From NCBI RefSeq assembly GCF_009914755.1, contig NC_060925.1: 64,000 bases of DNA. The stretch is one strand, 5' to 3'. Both the position numbers and the translations under genes were made by a program. This DNA is from the human T2T-CHM13v2.0 reference genome, Homo sapiens. This document shows, piece after piece, positions 1-15,100 of this stretch (the stretch's first letter is position 1; every line of letters starts with the position of its first letter). Under the pieces are notes generated by a model. The model searched no databases. It was not told the origin of the DNA and was given only the letters and a program-made list of their open reading frames with translations.

Positions 1-1544
1 TGCAATCATCGAATGGTCTCGAAAGGAATCATCTTCTAATGGAAAGGAATGGAATCATCGCATAGAATCGAATGGAATTATCATCGAATGGAATCGAATG
101 GTATCAACACCAAACGGAAAAAAACGGAATTATCGAATGGAATCGAAGAGAATCTTCGAACGGACACGAATGGAATCATCTAATGGAATGGAATGGAATA
201 ATCCATGGACTCGAATGCAATCATCATCGAATGGAATGGAATGGAATCATCGAATGGACTCGAATGGAATAATCATTGAACGGAATCGAATGGAATCATC
301 ATCGGATGGAAACGAATGGAATCATCATCGAATGGAAATGAAAGGAGTCATCATCTAATGGAATTGCATGGAATCATCATAAAATGGAATCGAATGGAAT
401 CAACATCAAATGGAATCAAATGGAATCATTGAACGCAATTGAATGGAATCGTCATCGAATGAATTGACTGCAATCATCGAATGGTCTCGAATGGAATCAT
501 CTTCAAATGGAATGGAATGGAATCATCGCATAGAATCGAATGGAATTATCATCGAATGGAATCGAATGGAATCAACATCAAACGGAAAAAAACGGAATTA
601 TCGAATGGAATCGAAGAGAATCATCGAATGGACCCGAATGGAATCATCTAATGGAATGGAATGGAATAATCCATGGACTCGAATGCAATCATCATCGAAT
701 GGAATCGAATGGAATCATCGAATGGACTCGAATGGAATAATCATTGAACGGAATCGAATGGAATCATCATCGGATGGAAATGAATGGAATCATCATCGAA
801 TGGAATCGAATAGAATTATGGAATGAAATCCAGTGTGATCATCATCGAATGGACCCGAATGGAATCATCATCCAACGGAAGCTAATGGAATCAACATCGA
901 ATGAATCGAATGGAAACACCATCGAATTGAAACGAATGGAATTATCATGAAATTGAAATGGATGGACTCATCATCGAATGGATTCGAATGGAATCATCGA
1001 ATAAAATTGATTGAAATCATCATCCAATGGAATCGAATGGAATCATCATCAGATGGAAATGAATGGAATCGTCATAGAATGGAATCGAATGGATTCATTG
1101 AATGGAATCAGATGGAATCATCGAATGGACTGGAATGGAATCATTGAATGGACTCGAAAGGGATCATTATTGAATGGAATTGAATGGAATCATCGAATGG
1201 TCTCGATTGCAATCATTATCAAATGGAATCGAATGGAATCACCGAATAGAATCGAATGGAACAATCATCGAATGGACTCAAATGGAATTATCCTCCAATG
1301 GAATCGAATGGAATTATCGAATGCAATCGAATAGAATCATCGAATGGACTCGAATGGAATCATCGAATGGAATGGAATGGAACAGTCAATGAACTCGAAT
1401 GGAATCATCATTGAATGGAATCGAATGGAATCATCGAGTGGAATCGAATGGAATTATGATCAAATGGAATCGAATGTAATCCTCATCAAATGGAATCAAA
1501 AATAACCATCATCAATTGGTATTGAATGGAATTGTCATCAAATG

Positions 1545-1550
1545 GAATTC
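1545..1550. other. EcoRI site (GAATTC), one per unit, which defines the classical ~1.77-kb EcoRI satellite fragment
   Basis: AATGGAATTCAAAGG at 1541-1555 recurs once in each complete unit inspected (e.g. ~3321, ~5074, ~6804). Confidence 0.88.
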
Positions 1551-1592
1551 AAAGGAATCATCATCAAATGGAACCGAATGGAATCCTCATTG

Positions 1593-2534
1593 AATGGAAA
1601 TGAAAGGGGTCATCATCTAATGGAATCGCATGGAATCATCATCAAATGGAATCGAATGGAATCATCATCAAATGGAATCTAATGGAATCATTGAACAGAA
1701 TTGAATGGAATCGTCATCGAATGAATTGAATGCAATCATCGAATGGTCTCAAATGGAATCATCTTCTAATGGAAAGGAATGGAATCATCGCATAGAATCG
1801 AATGGAATTATCATCGAATGGAATCGAATGGTATCAACACCAAACGGAAAAAAACGGAATTATCGAATGGAATCGAAGAGAATCTTCGAACGGACCCGAA
1901 TGGAATCATCTAATGGAATGGAATGGAATAATCCATGGACTCGAATGCAATCATCATCGAATGGAATGGAATGGAATCATCGAATGGACTCGAATGGAAT
2001 AATCATTGAACGGAATCGAATGGAATCATCATCGGATGGAAACGAATGGAATCATCATCGAATGGAAATGAAAGGAGTCATCATCTAATGGAATTGCATG
2101 GAATCATCATAAAATGGAATCGAATGGAATCAACATCAAATGGAATCAAATGGAATCATTGAACGCAATTGAATGGAATCGTCATCGAATGAATTGACTG
2201 CAATCATCGAATGGTCTCGAATGGAATCATCTTCAAATGGAATGGAATGGAATCATCGCATAGAATCGAATGGAATTATCATCGAATGGAATCGAATGGA
2301 ATCAACATCAAACGGAAAAAAACAGAATTATCGTATGGAATCGAAGAGAATCATCGAATGGACCCGAATGGAATCATCTAATGGAATGGAATGGAATAAT
2401 CCATGGACTCGAATGCAATCATCATCGAATGGAATCGAATGGAATCATCGAATGGACTCGAATGGAATAATCATTGAACGGAATCGAATGGAATCATCAT
2501 CGGATGGAAATGAATGGAATCATCATCGAATGGA
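1593..2534. repeat. Internal 468-bp tandem duplication (subunits A and B) present in each canonical unit
   Basis: Near-identical 127-aa ORFs start 468 bp apart (1705/2173, 3481/3949 and so on). Diagnostic A vs B differences: AAAGGGGTC/AAAGGAGTC, ATCGCATGG/ATTGCATGG, TTGAATGC/TTGACTGC, TTCTAATGGAAAGG/TTCAAATGGAATGG, GGTATCAACACC/GGAATCAACATC, ATCTTCGAACGG/ATCATCGAATGG and GGAAACGAA/GGAAATGAA. Confidence 0.93.
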
Positions 2535-2768
2535 ATCGAATAGAATTATGGAATGAAATCCAGTGTGATCATCATCGAATGGACCCGAATGGAATCATCA
2601 TCCAACGGAAGCTAATGGAATCAACATCGAATGAATCGAATGGAAACACCATCGAATTGAAACGAATGGAATTATCATGAAATTGAAATGGATGGACTCA
2701 TCATCGAATGGATTCGAATGGAATCATCGAATAAAATTGATTGAAATCATCATCCAATGGAATCGAAT

Positions 2769-2791
2769 GGTATCATTGAATGGAATCGAAT
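2769..2791. repeat. Polymorphic 23-bp sub-repeat (GGTATCATTGAATGGAATCGAAT)
   Basis: Present here. Absent at the equivalent position near 1039, 6298, 20339, 25153, 26883, 30366, 32096 and 33826. Confidence 0.92.
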
Positions 2792-3062
2792 GGAATCATC
2801 ATCAGATGGAAATGAATGGAATCGTCATAGAATGGAATCGAATGGATTCATTGAATGGAATCAGATGGAATCATCGAATGGACTGGAATGGAATCATTGA
2901 ATGGACTCGAAAGGGATCATTATTGAATGGAATTGAATGGAATCATCGAATGGTCTCGATTGGAATCATTATCAAATGGAATCGAATGGAATCACCGAAT
3001 AGAATCGAATGGAACAATCATCGAATGGACTCAAATGGAATTATCCTCAAATGGAATCGAAT

Positions 3063-3108
3063 GGAATTATCGAATGCAATCGAATGGAATTATCGAATGC
3101 AATCGAAT
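3063..3108. repeat. Polymorphic 23-bp tandem duplication (GGAATTATCGAATGCAATCGAAT x2)
   Basis: Two exact copies at 3063-3085 and 3086-3108. Only one copy is present in 1730-bp units and in most 1753-bp units (e.g. ~1310, ~4839). Confidence 0.92.
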
Positions 3109-6100
3109 AGAATCATCGAAAGGACTCGAATGGAATCATCGAATGGAATGGAATGGAACAGTCAATGAACTCGAATGGAATCATCATTGAATGGAATCGA
3201 ATGGAATCATCGAGTGGAATCGAATGGAATTATGATCAAATGGAATCGAATGTAATCATCATCAAATGGAATCAAAAATAACCATCATCAATTGGTATTG
3301 AATGGAATTGTCATCAAATGGAATTCAAAGGAATCATCATCAAATGGAACCGAATGGAATCCTCATTGAATGGAAATGAAAGGGGTCATCATCTAATGGA
3401 ATCGCATGGAATCATCATCAAATGGAATCGAATGGAATCATCATCAAATGGAATCTAATGGAATCATTGAACAGAATTGAATGGAATCGTCATCGAATGA
3501 ATTGAATGCAATCATCGAATGGTCTCGAATGGAATCATCTTCTAATGGAAAGGAATGGAATCATCGCATAGAATCGAATGGAATTATCATCGAATGGAAT
3601 CGAATGGTATCAACACCAAACGGAAAAAAACGGAATTATCGAATGGAATCGAAGAGAATCTTCGAACGGACCCGAATGGAATCATCTAATGGAATGGAAT
3701 GGAATAATCCATGGACTCGAATGCAATCATCATCGAATGGAATGGAATGGAATCATCGAATGGACTCGAATGGAATAATCATTGAACGGAATCGAATGGA
3801 ATCATCATCAGATGGAAACGAATGGAATCATCATCGAATGGAAATGAAAGGAGTCATCATCTAATGGAATTGCATGGAATCATCATCAAATGGAATCGAA
3901 TGGAATCAACATCAAATGGAATCAAATGGAATCATTGAACGGAATTGAATGGAATCGTCATCGAATGAATTGACTGCAATCATCGAATGGTCTCGAATGG
4001 AATCATCTTCAAATGGAATGGAATGGAATCATCGCATAGAATCGAATGGAATTATCATCGAATGGAATCGAATGGAATCAACATCAAACGGAAAAAAACG
4101 GAATTATCGAATGGAATCGAAGAGAATCATCGAATGGACCCGAATGGAATCATCTAATGGAATGGAATGGAATAATCCATGGACTCGAATGCAATCATCA
4201 TCGAATGGAATCGAATGGAATCATCGAATGGACTCGAATGGAATAATCATTGAACGGAATCGAATGGAATCATCATCGGATGGAAATGAATGGAATCATC
4301 ATCGAATGGAATCGAATAGAATTATGGAATGAAATCCAGTGTGATCATCATCGAATGGACCCGAATGGAATCATCATCCAACGGAAGCTAATGGAATCAA
4401 CATCGAATGAATCGAATGGAAACACCATCGAATTGAAACGAATGGAATTATCATGAAATTGAAATGGATGGACTCATCATCGAATGGATTCGAATGGAAT
4501 CATCGAATAAAATTGATTGAAATCATCATCCAATGGAATCGAATGGTATCATTGAATGGAATCGAATGGAATCATCATCAGATGGAAATGAATGGAATCG
4601 TCATAGAATGGAATCGAATGGATTCATTGAATGGAATCAGATGGAATCATCGAATGGACTGGAATGGAATCATTGAATGGACTCGAAAGGGATCATTATT
4701 GAATGGAATTGAATGGAATCATCGAATGGTCTCGATTGCAATCATTATCAAATGGAATCGAATGGAATCACCGAATAGAATCGAATGGAACAATCATCGA
4801 ATGGACTCAAATGGAATTATCCTCCAATGGAATCGAATGGAATTATCGAATGCAATCGAATAGAATCATCGAATGGACTCGAATGGAATCATCGAATGGA
4901 ATGGAATGGAACAGTCAATGAACTCGAATGGAATCATCATTGAATGGAATCGAATGGAATCATCGAGTGGAATCGAATGGAATTATGATCAAATGGAATC
5001 GAATGTAATCCTCATCAAATGGAATCAAAAATAACCATCATCAATTGGTATTGAATGGAATTGTCATCAAATGGAATTCAAAGGAATCATCATCAAATGG
5101 AACCGAATGGAATCCTCATTGAATGGAAATGAAAGGGGTCATCATCTAATGGAATCGCATGGAATCATCATCAAATGGAATCGAATGGAATCATCATCAA
5201 ATGGAATCTAATGGAATCATTGAACAGAATTGAATGGAATCGTCATCGAATGAATTGAATGCAATCATCGAATGGTCTCGAATGGAATCATCTTCTAATG
5301 GAAAGGAATGGAATCATCGCATAGAATCGAATGGAATTATCATCGAATGGAATCGAATGGTATCAACACCAAACGGAAAAAAACGGAATTATCGAATGGA
5401 ATCGAAGAGAATCTTCGAACGGACCCGAATGGAATCATCTAATGGAATGGAATGGAATAATCCATGGACTCGAATGCAATCATCATCGAATGGAATGGAA
5501 TGGAATCATCGAATGGACTCGAATGGAATAATCATTGAACGGAATCGAATGGAATCATCATCGGATGGAAACGAATGGAATCATCATCGAATGGAAATGA
5601 AAGGAGTCATCATCTAATGGAATTGCATGGAATGATCATAAAATGGAATCGAATGGAATCAACATCAAATGGAATCAAATGGAATCATTGAACGCAATTG
5701 AATGGAATCGTCATCGAATGAATTGACTGCAATCATCGAATGGTCTCGAATGGAATCATCTTCAAATGGAATGGAATGGAATCATCGCATAGAATCGAAT
5801 GGAATTATCATCGAATGGAATCGAATGGAATCAACATCAAACGGAAAAAAACGGAATTATCGAATGGAATCGAAGAGAATCATCGAATGGACCCGAATGG
5901 AATCATCTAATGGAATGGAATGGAATAATCCATGGACTCGAATGCAATCATCATCGAATGGAATCGAATGGAATCATCGAATGGACTCGAATGGAATAAT
6001 CATTGAACGGAATCGAATGGAATCATCATCGGATGGAAATGAATGGAATCATCATCGAATGGAATCGAATAGAATTATGGAATGAAATCCAGTGTGATCA

Positions 6101-9100
6101 TCATCGAATGGACCCGAATGGAATCATCATCCAACGGAAGCTAATGGAATCAACATCGAATGAATCGAATGGAAACACCATCGAATTGAAACGAATGGAA
6201 TTATCATGAAATTGAAATGGATGGACTCATCATCGAATGGATTCGAATGGAATCATCGAATAAAATTGATTGAAATCATCATCCAATGGAATCGAATGGA
6301 ATCATCATCAGATGGAAATGAATGGAATCGTCATAGAATGGAATCGAATGGATTCATTGAATGGAATCAGATGGAATCATCGAATGGACTGGAATGGAAT
6401 CATTGAATGGACTCGAAAGGGATCATTATTGAATGGAATTGAATGGAATCATCGAATGGTCTCGATTGCAATCATTATCAAATGGAATCGAATGGAATCA
6501 CCGAATAGAATCGAATGGAACAATCATCGAATGGACTCAAATGGAATTATCCTCCAATGGAATCGAATGGAATTATCGAATGCAATCGAATGGAATCATC
6601 GAATGGACTCGAATGGAATCATCGAATGGAATGGAATGGAACAGTCAATGAACTCGAATGGAATCATCATTGAATGGAATCGAATGGAATCATCGAGTGG
6701 AATCGAATGGAATTATGATCAAATGGAATCGAATGTAATCCTCATCAAATGGAATCAAAAATAACCATCATCAATTGGTATTGAATGGAATTGTCATCAA
6801 ATGGAATTCAAAGGAATCATCATCAAATGGAACCGAATGGAATCCTCATTGAATGGAAATGAAAGGGGTCATCATCTAATGGAATCGCATGGAATCATCA
6901 TCAAATGGAATCGAATGGAATCATCATCAAATGGAATCTAATGGAATCATTGAACAGAATTGAATGGAATCGTCATCGAATGAATTGAATGCAATCATCG
7001 AATGGTCTCGAATGGAATCATCTTCTAATGGAAAGGAATGGAATCATCGCATAGAATCGAATGGAATTATCATCGAATGGAATCGAATGGTATCAACACC
7101 AAACGGAAAAAAACGGAATTATCGAATGGAATCGAAGAGAATCTTCGAACGGACCCGAATGGAATCATCTAATGGAATGGAATGGAATAATCCATGGACT
7201 CGAATGCAATCATCATCGAATGGAATGGAATGGAATCATCGAATGGACTCGAATGGAATAATCATTGAACGGAATCGAATGGAATCATCATCGGATGGAA
7301 ACGAATGGAATCATCATCGAATGGAAATGAAAGGAGTCATCATCTAATGGAATTGCATGGAATCATCATAAAATGGAATCGAATGGAATCAACATCAAAT
7401 GGAATCAAATGGAATCATTGAACGGAATTGAATGGAATCGTCATCGAATGAATTGACTGCAATCATCGAATGGTCTCGAATGGAATCATCTTCAAATGGA
7501 ATGGAATGGAATCATCGCATAGAATCGAATGGAATTATCATCGAATGGAATCGAATGGAATCAACATCAAACGGAAAAAAACAGAATTATCGTATGGAAT
7601 CGAAGAGAATCATCGAATGGACCCGAATGGAATCATCTAATGGAATGGAATGGAATAATCCATGGACTCGAATGCAATCATCATCGAATGGAATCGAATG
7701 GAATCATCGAATGGACTCGAATGGAATAATCATTGAACGGAATCGAATGGAATCATCATCGGATGGAAATGAATGGAATCATCATCGAATGGAATCGAAT
7801 AGAATTATGGAATGAAATCCAGTGTGATCATCATCGAATGGACCCGAATGGAATCATCATCCAACGGAAGCTAATGGAATCAACATCGAATGAATCGAAT
7901 GGAAACACCATCGAATTGAAACGAATGGAATTATCATGAAATTGAAATGGATGGACTCATCATCGAATGGATTCGAATGGAATCATCGAATAAAATTGAT
8001 TGAAATCATCATCCAATGGAATCGAATGGTATCATTGAATGGAATCGAATGGAATCATCATCAGATGGAAATGAATGGAATCGTCATAGAATGGAATCGA
8101 ATGGATTCATTGAATGGAATCAGATGGAATCATCGAATGGACTGGAATGGAATCATTGAATGGACTCGAAAGGGATCATTATTGAATGGAATTGAATGGA
8201 ATCATCGAATGGTCTCGATTGGAATCATTATCAAATGGAATCGAATGGAATCACCGAATAGAATCGAATGGAACAATCATCGAATGGACTCAAATGGAAT
8301 TATCCTCCAATGGAATCGAATGGAATTATCGAATGCAATCGAATGGAATTATCGAATGCAATCGAATAGAATCATCGAAAGGACTCGAATGGAATCATCG
8401 AATGGAATGGAATGGAACAGTCAATGAACTCGAATGGAATCATCATTGAATGGAATCGAATGGAATCATCGAGTGGAATCGAATGGAATTATGATCAAAT
8501 GGAATCGAATGTAATCATCATCAAATGGAATCAAAAATAACCATCATCAATTGGTATTGAATGGAATTGTCATCAAATGGAATTCAAAGGAATCATCATC
8601 AAATGGAACCGAATGGAATCCTCATTGAATGGAAATGAAAGGGGTCATCATCTAATGGAATCGCATGGAATCATCATCAAATGGAATCGAATGGAATCAT
8701 CATCAAATGGAATCTAATGGAATCATTGAACAGAATTGAATGGAATCGTCATCGAATGAATTGAATGCAATCATCGAATGGTCTCGAATGGAATCATCTT
8801 CTAATGGAAAGGAATGGAATCATCGCATAGAATCGAATGGAATTATCATAGAATGGAATCGAATGGTATCAACACCAAACGGAAAAAAACGGAATTATCG
8901 AATGGAATCGAAGAGAATCTTCGAACGGACCCGAATGGAATCATCTAATGGAATGGAATGGAATAATCCATGGACTCGAATGCAATCATCATCGAATGGA
9001 ATGGAATGGAATCATCGAATGGACTCGAATGGAATAATCATTGAACGGAATCGAATGGAATCATCATCGGATGGAAACGAATGGAATCATCATCGAATGG

Positions 9101-12100
9101 AAATGAAAGGAGTCATCATCTAATGGAATTGCATGGAATCATCATCAAATGGAATCGAATGGAATCAACATCAAATGGAATCAAATGGAATCATTGAACG
9201 GAATTGAATGGAATCGTCATCGAATGAATTGACTGCAATCATCGAATGGTCTCGAATGGAATCATCTTCAAATGGAATGGAATGGAATCATCGCATAGAA
9301 TCGAATGGAATTATCATCGAATGGAATCGAATGGAATCAACATCAAACGGAAAAAAACGGAATTATCGAATGGAATCGAAGAGAATCATCGAATGGACCC
9401 GAATGGAATCATCTAATGGAATGGAATGGAATAATCCATGGACTCGAATGCAATCATCATCGAATGGAATCGAATGGAATCATTGAATGGACTCGAATGG
9501 AATAATCATTGAACGGAATAGAATGGAATCATCATCGGATGGAAATGAATGGAATCATCATCGAATGGAATCGAATAGAATTATGGAATGAAATCCAGTG
9601 TGATCATCATCGAATGGACCCGAATGGAATCATCATCCAACGGAAGCTAATGGAATCAACATCGAATGAATCGAATGGAAACACCATCGAATTGAAACGA
9701 ATGGAATTATCATGAAATTGAAATGGATGGACTCATCATCGAATGGATTCGAATGGAATCATCGAATAAAATTGATTGAAATCATCGTCCAATGGAATCG
9801 AATGGTATCATTGAATGGAATCGAATGGAATCATCATCAGATGGAAATGAATGGAATCGTCATAGAATGGAATCGAATGGATTCATTGAATGGAATCAGA
9901 TGGAATCATCGAATGGACTGGAATGGAATCATTGAATGGATTCGAAAGGGATCATTATTGAATGGAATTGAATGGAATCATCGAATGGTCTCGATTGCAA
10001 TCATTATCAAATGGAATCGAATGGAATCACCGAATAGAATCGAATGGAACAATCATCGAATGGACTCAAATGGAATTATCCTCCAATGGAATCGAATGGA
10101 ATTATCGAATGCAATCGAATAGAATCATCGAATGGACTCGAATGGAATCATCGAATGGAATGGAATGGAACAGTCAATGAACTCGAATGGAATCATCATT
10201 GAATGGAATCGAATGGAATCATCGAGTGGAATCGAATGGAATTATGATCAAATGGAATCGAATGTAATCCTCATCAAATGGAATCAAAAATAACCATCAT
10301 CAATTGGTATTGAATGGAATTGTCATCAAATGGAATTCAAAGGAATCATCATCAAATGGAACCGAATGGAATCCTCATTGAATGGAAATGAAAGGGGTCA
10401 TCATCTAATGGAATCGCATGGAATCATCATCAAATGGAATCGAATGGAATCATCATCAAATGGAATCTAATGGAATCATTGAACAGAATTGAATGGAATC
10501 GTCATCGAATGAATTGAATGCAATCATCGAATGGTCTCGAATGGAATCATCTTCTAATGGAAAGGAATGGAATCATCGCATAGAATCGAATGGAATTATC
10601 ATCGAATGGAATCGAATGGTATCAACACCAAACGGAAAAAAACGGAATTATCGAATGGAATCGAAGAGAATCTTCGAACGGACCCGAATGGAATCATCTA
10701 ATGGAATGGAATGGAATAATCCATGGACTCGAATGCAATCATCATCGAATGGAATGGAATGGAATCATCGAATGGACTCGAATGGAATAATCATTGAACG
10801 GAATCGAATGGAATCATCATCGGATGGAAACGAATGGAATCATCATCGAATGGAAATGAAAGGAGTCATCATCTAATGGAATTGCATGGAATCATCATAA
10901 AATGGAATCGAATGGAATCAACATCAAATGGAATCAAATGGAATCATTGAACGGAATTGAATGGAATCGTCATCGAATGAATTGACTGCAATCATCGAAT
11001 GGTCTCGAATGGAATCATCTTCAAATGGAATGGAATGGAATCATCGCATAGAATCGAATGGAATTATCATCGAATGGAATCGAATGGAATCAACATCAAA
11101 CGGAAAAAAACAGAATTATCGTATGGAATCGAAGAGAATCATCAAATGGACCAGAATGGAATCATCTAATGGAATGGAATGGAATAATCCATGGACTCGA
11201 ATGCAATCATCATCGAATGGAATCGAATGGAATCATCGAATGGACTCGAATGGAATAATCATTGAATGGAATCGAATGGAATCATCATCGGATGGAAATG
11301 AATGGAATCATCATCGAATGGAATCGAATAGAATTATGGAATGAAATCCAGTGTGATCATCATCGAATGGACCCGAATGGAATCATCATCCAACGGAAGC
11401 TAATGGAATCAACATCGAATGAATCGAATGGAAACACCATCGAATTGAAACGAATGGAATTATCATGAAATTGAAATGGATGGACTCATCATCGAATGGA
11501 TTCGAATGGAATCATCGAATAAAATTGATTGAAATCATCATCCAATGGAATCGAATGGTATCATTGAATGGAATCGAATGGAATCATCATCAGATGGAAA
11601 TGAATGGAATCGTCATAGAATGGAATCGAATGGATTCATTGAATGGAATCAGATGGAATCATCGAATGGACTGGAATGGAATCATTGAATGGACTCGAAA
11701 GGGATCATTATTGAATGGAATTGAATGGAATCATCGAATGGTCTCGATTGGAATCATTATCAAATGGAATCGAATGGAATCACCGAATAGAATCGAATGG
11801 AACAATCATCGAATGGACTCAAATGGAATTATCCTCCAATGGAATCGAATGGAATTATCGAATGCAATCGAATAGAATCATCGAAAGGACTCGAATGGAA
11901 TCATCGAATGGAATGGAATGGAACAGTCAATGAACTCGAATGGAATCATCATTGAATGGAATCGAATGGAATCATCGAGTGGAATCGAATGGAATTATGA
12001 TCAAATGGAATCGAATGTAATCATCATCAAATGGAATCAAAAATAACCATCATCAATTGGTATTGAATGGAATTGTCATCAAATGGAATTCAAAGGAATC

Positions 12101-15100
12101 ATCATCAAATGGAACCGAATGGAATCCTCATTGAATGGAAATGAAAGGGGTCATCATCTAATGGAATCGCATGGAATCATCATCAAATGGAATCGAATGG
12201 AATCATCATCAAATGGAATCTAATGGAATCATTGAACAGAATTGAATGGAATCGTCATCGAATGAATTGAATGCAATCATCGAATGGTCTCGAATGGAAT
12301 CATCTTCTACTGGAAAGGAATGGAATCATCGCATAGAATCGAATGGAATTATCATCGAATGGAATCGAATGGTATCAACACCAAACGGAAAAAAACGGAA
12401 TTATCGAATGGAATCGAAGAGAATCTTCGAACGGACCCGAATGGAATCATCTAATGGAATGGAATGGAATAATCCATGGACTCGAATGCAATCATCATCG
12501 AATGGAATGGAATGGAATCATCGAATGGACTCGAATGGAATAATCATTGAACGGAATCGAATGGAATCATCATCGGATGGAAACGAATGGAATCATCATC
12601 GAATGGAAATGAAAGGAGTCATCATCTAATGGAATTGCATGGAATCATCATAAAATGGAATCGAATGGAATCAACATCAAATGGAATCAAATGGAATCAT
12701 TGAACGGAATTGAATGGAATCGTCATCGAATGAATTGACTGCAATCATCGAATGGTCTCGAATGGAATCATCTTCAAATGGAATGGAATGGAATCATCGC
12801 ATAGAATCGAATGGAATTATCATCGAATGGAATCGAATGGAATCAACATCAAACGGAAAAAAACGGAATTATCGAATGGAATCGAAGAGAATCATCGAAT
12901 GGACCCGAATGGAATCATCTAATGGAATGGAATGGAATAATCCATGGACTCGAATGCAATCATCATCGAATGGAATCGAATGGAATCATCGAATGGACTC
13001 GAATGGAATAATCATTGAACGGAATCGAATGGAATCATCATCGGATGGAAATGAATGGAATCATCATCGAATGGAATCGAATAGAATTATGGAATGAAAT
13101 CCAGTGTGATCATCATCGAATGGACCCGAATGGAATCATCATCCAACGGAAGCTAATGGAATCAACATCGAATGAATCGAATGGAAACACCATCGAATTG
13201 AAACGAATGGAATTATCATGAAATTGAAATGGATGGACTCATCATCGAATGGATTCGAATGGAATCATCGAATAAAATTGATTGAAATCATCATCCAATG
13301 GAATCGAATGGTATCATTGAATGGAATCGAATGGAATCATCATCAGATGGAAATGAATGGAATCGTCATAGAATGGAATCGAATGGATTCATTGAATGGA
13401 ATCAGATGGAATCATCGAATGGACTGGAATGGAATCATTGAATGGACTCGAAAGGGATCATTATTGAATGGAATTGAATGGAATCATCGAATGGTCTCGA
13501 TTGGAATCATTATCAAATGGAATCGAATGGAATCACCGAATAGAATCGAATGGAACAATCATCGAATGGACTCAAATGGAATTATCCTCCAATGGAATCG
13601 AATGGAATTATCGAATGCAATCGAATAGAATCATCGAATGGACTCGAATGGAATCATCGAATGGAATGGAATGGAACAGTCAATGAACTCGAATGGAATC
13701 ATCATTGAATGGAATCGAATGGAATCATCGAGTGGAATCGAATGGAATTATGATCAAATGGAATCGAATGTAATCATCATCAAATGGAATCAAAAATAAC
13801 CATCATCAATTGGTATTGAATGGAATTGTCATCAAATGGAATTCAAAGGAATCATCATCAAATGGAACCGAATGGAATCCTCATTGAATGGAAATGAAAG
13901 GGGTCATCATCTAATGGAATCGCATGGAATCATCATCAAATGGAATCGAATGGAATCATCATCAAATGGAATCTAATGGAATCATTGAACAGAATTGAAT
14001 GGAATCGTCATCGAATGAATTGAATGCAATCATCGAATGGTCTCGAATGGAATCATCTTCTAATGGAAAGGAATGGAATCATCGCATAGAATCGAATGGA
14101 ATTATCATCGAATGGAATCGAATGGTATCAACACCAAACGGAAAAAAATGGAATTATCGAATGGAATCGAAGAGAATCTTCGAACGGACCCGAATGGAAT
14201 CATCTAATGGAATGGAATGGAATAATCCATGGACTCGAATGCAATCATCATCGAATGGAATGGAATGGAATCATCGAATGGACTCGAATGGAATAATCAT
14301 TGAACGGAATCGAATGGAATCATCATCGGATGGAAACGAATGGAATCATCATCGAATGGAAATGAAAGGAGTCATCATCTAATGGAATTGCATGGAATCA
14401 TCATAAAATGGAATCGAATGGAATCAACATCAAATGGAATCAAATGGAATCATTGAACGGAATTGAATGGAATCGTCATCGAATGAATTGACTGCAATCA
14501 TCGAATGGTCTCGAATGGAATCATCTTCAAATGGAATGGAATGGAATCATCGCATAGAATCGAATGGAATTATCATCGAATGGAATCGAATGGAATCAAC
14601 ATCAAACGGAAAAAAACAGAATTATCGTATGGAATCGAAGAGAATCATCAAATGGACCCGAATGGAATCATCTAATGGAATGGAATGGAATAATCCATGG
14701 ACTCGAATGCAATCATCATCGAATGGAATCGAATGGAATCATCGAATGTACTCGAATGGAATAATCATTGAACGGAATCGAATGGAATCATCATCGGATG
14801 GAAATGAATGGAATCATCATCGAATGGAATCGAATAGAATTATGGAATGAAATCCAGTGTGATCATCATCGAATGGACCCGAATGGAATCATCATCCAAC
14901 GGAAGCTAATGGAATCAACATCGAATGAATCGAATGGAAACACCATCGAATTGAAACGAATGGAATTATCATGAAATTGAAATGGATGGACTCATCATCG
15001 AATGGATTCGAATGGAATCATCGAATAAAATTGATTGAAATCATCATCCAATGGAATCGAATGGTATCATTGAATGGAATCGAATGGAATCATCATCAGA

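Larger units (their letters stand above)
1705..3480. repeat. Representative full-length 1776-bp higher-order repeat unit
   Basis: The spacing between equivalent landmarks 1705 and 3481 is 1776 bp. The same period holds for eight consecutive units from 34492 to 48699. Once-per-unit landmarks include GAAATCCAGTGTGATC, CCAACGGAAGCTAATGG, ATAAAATTGATTGAAATC and CAAAAATAACCATC. Confidence 0.95.

Noticed and set aside
1001-1006. AATAAA/ATAAAA as a polyadenylation signal once per unit
   Set aside because: A lone hexamer in A-rich satellite with no GU-rich downstream element and no transcript evidence available.
1879-1892. Heat-shock element-like GAAtcTTC in subunit A
   Set aside because: It has only two inverted nGAAn units; a canonical HSE needs three, and GAA is ubiquitous here.
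1593-2534. 468 = 18 x 26 and 713 = 31 x 23 taken as evidence of pure sub-repeat multiples
   Set aside because: These segments contain mixed 23-bp, 26-bp and irregular sub-repeats, so the arithmetic is probably coincidental.
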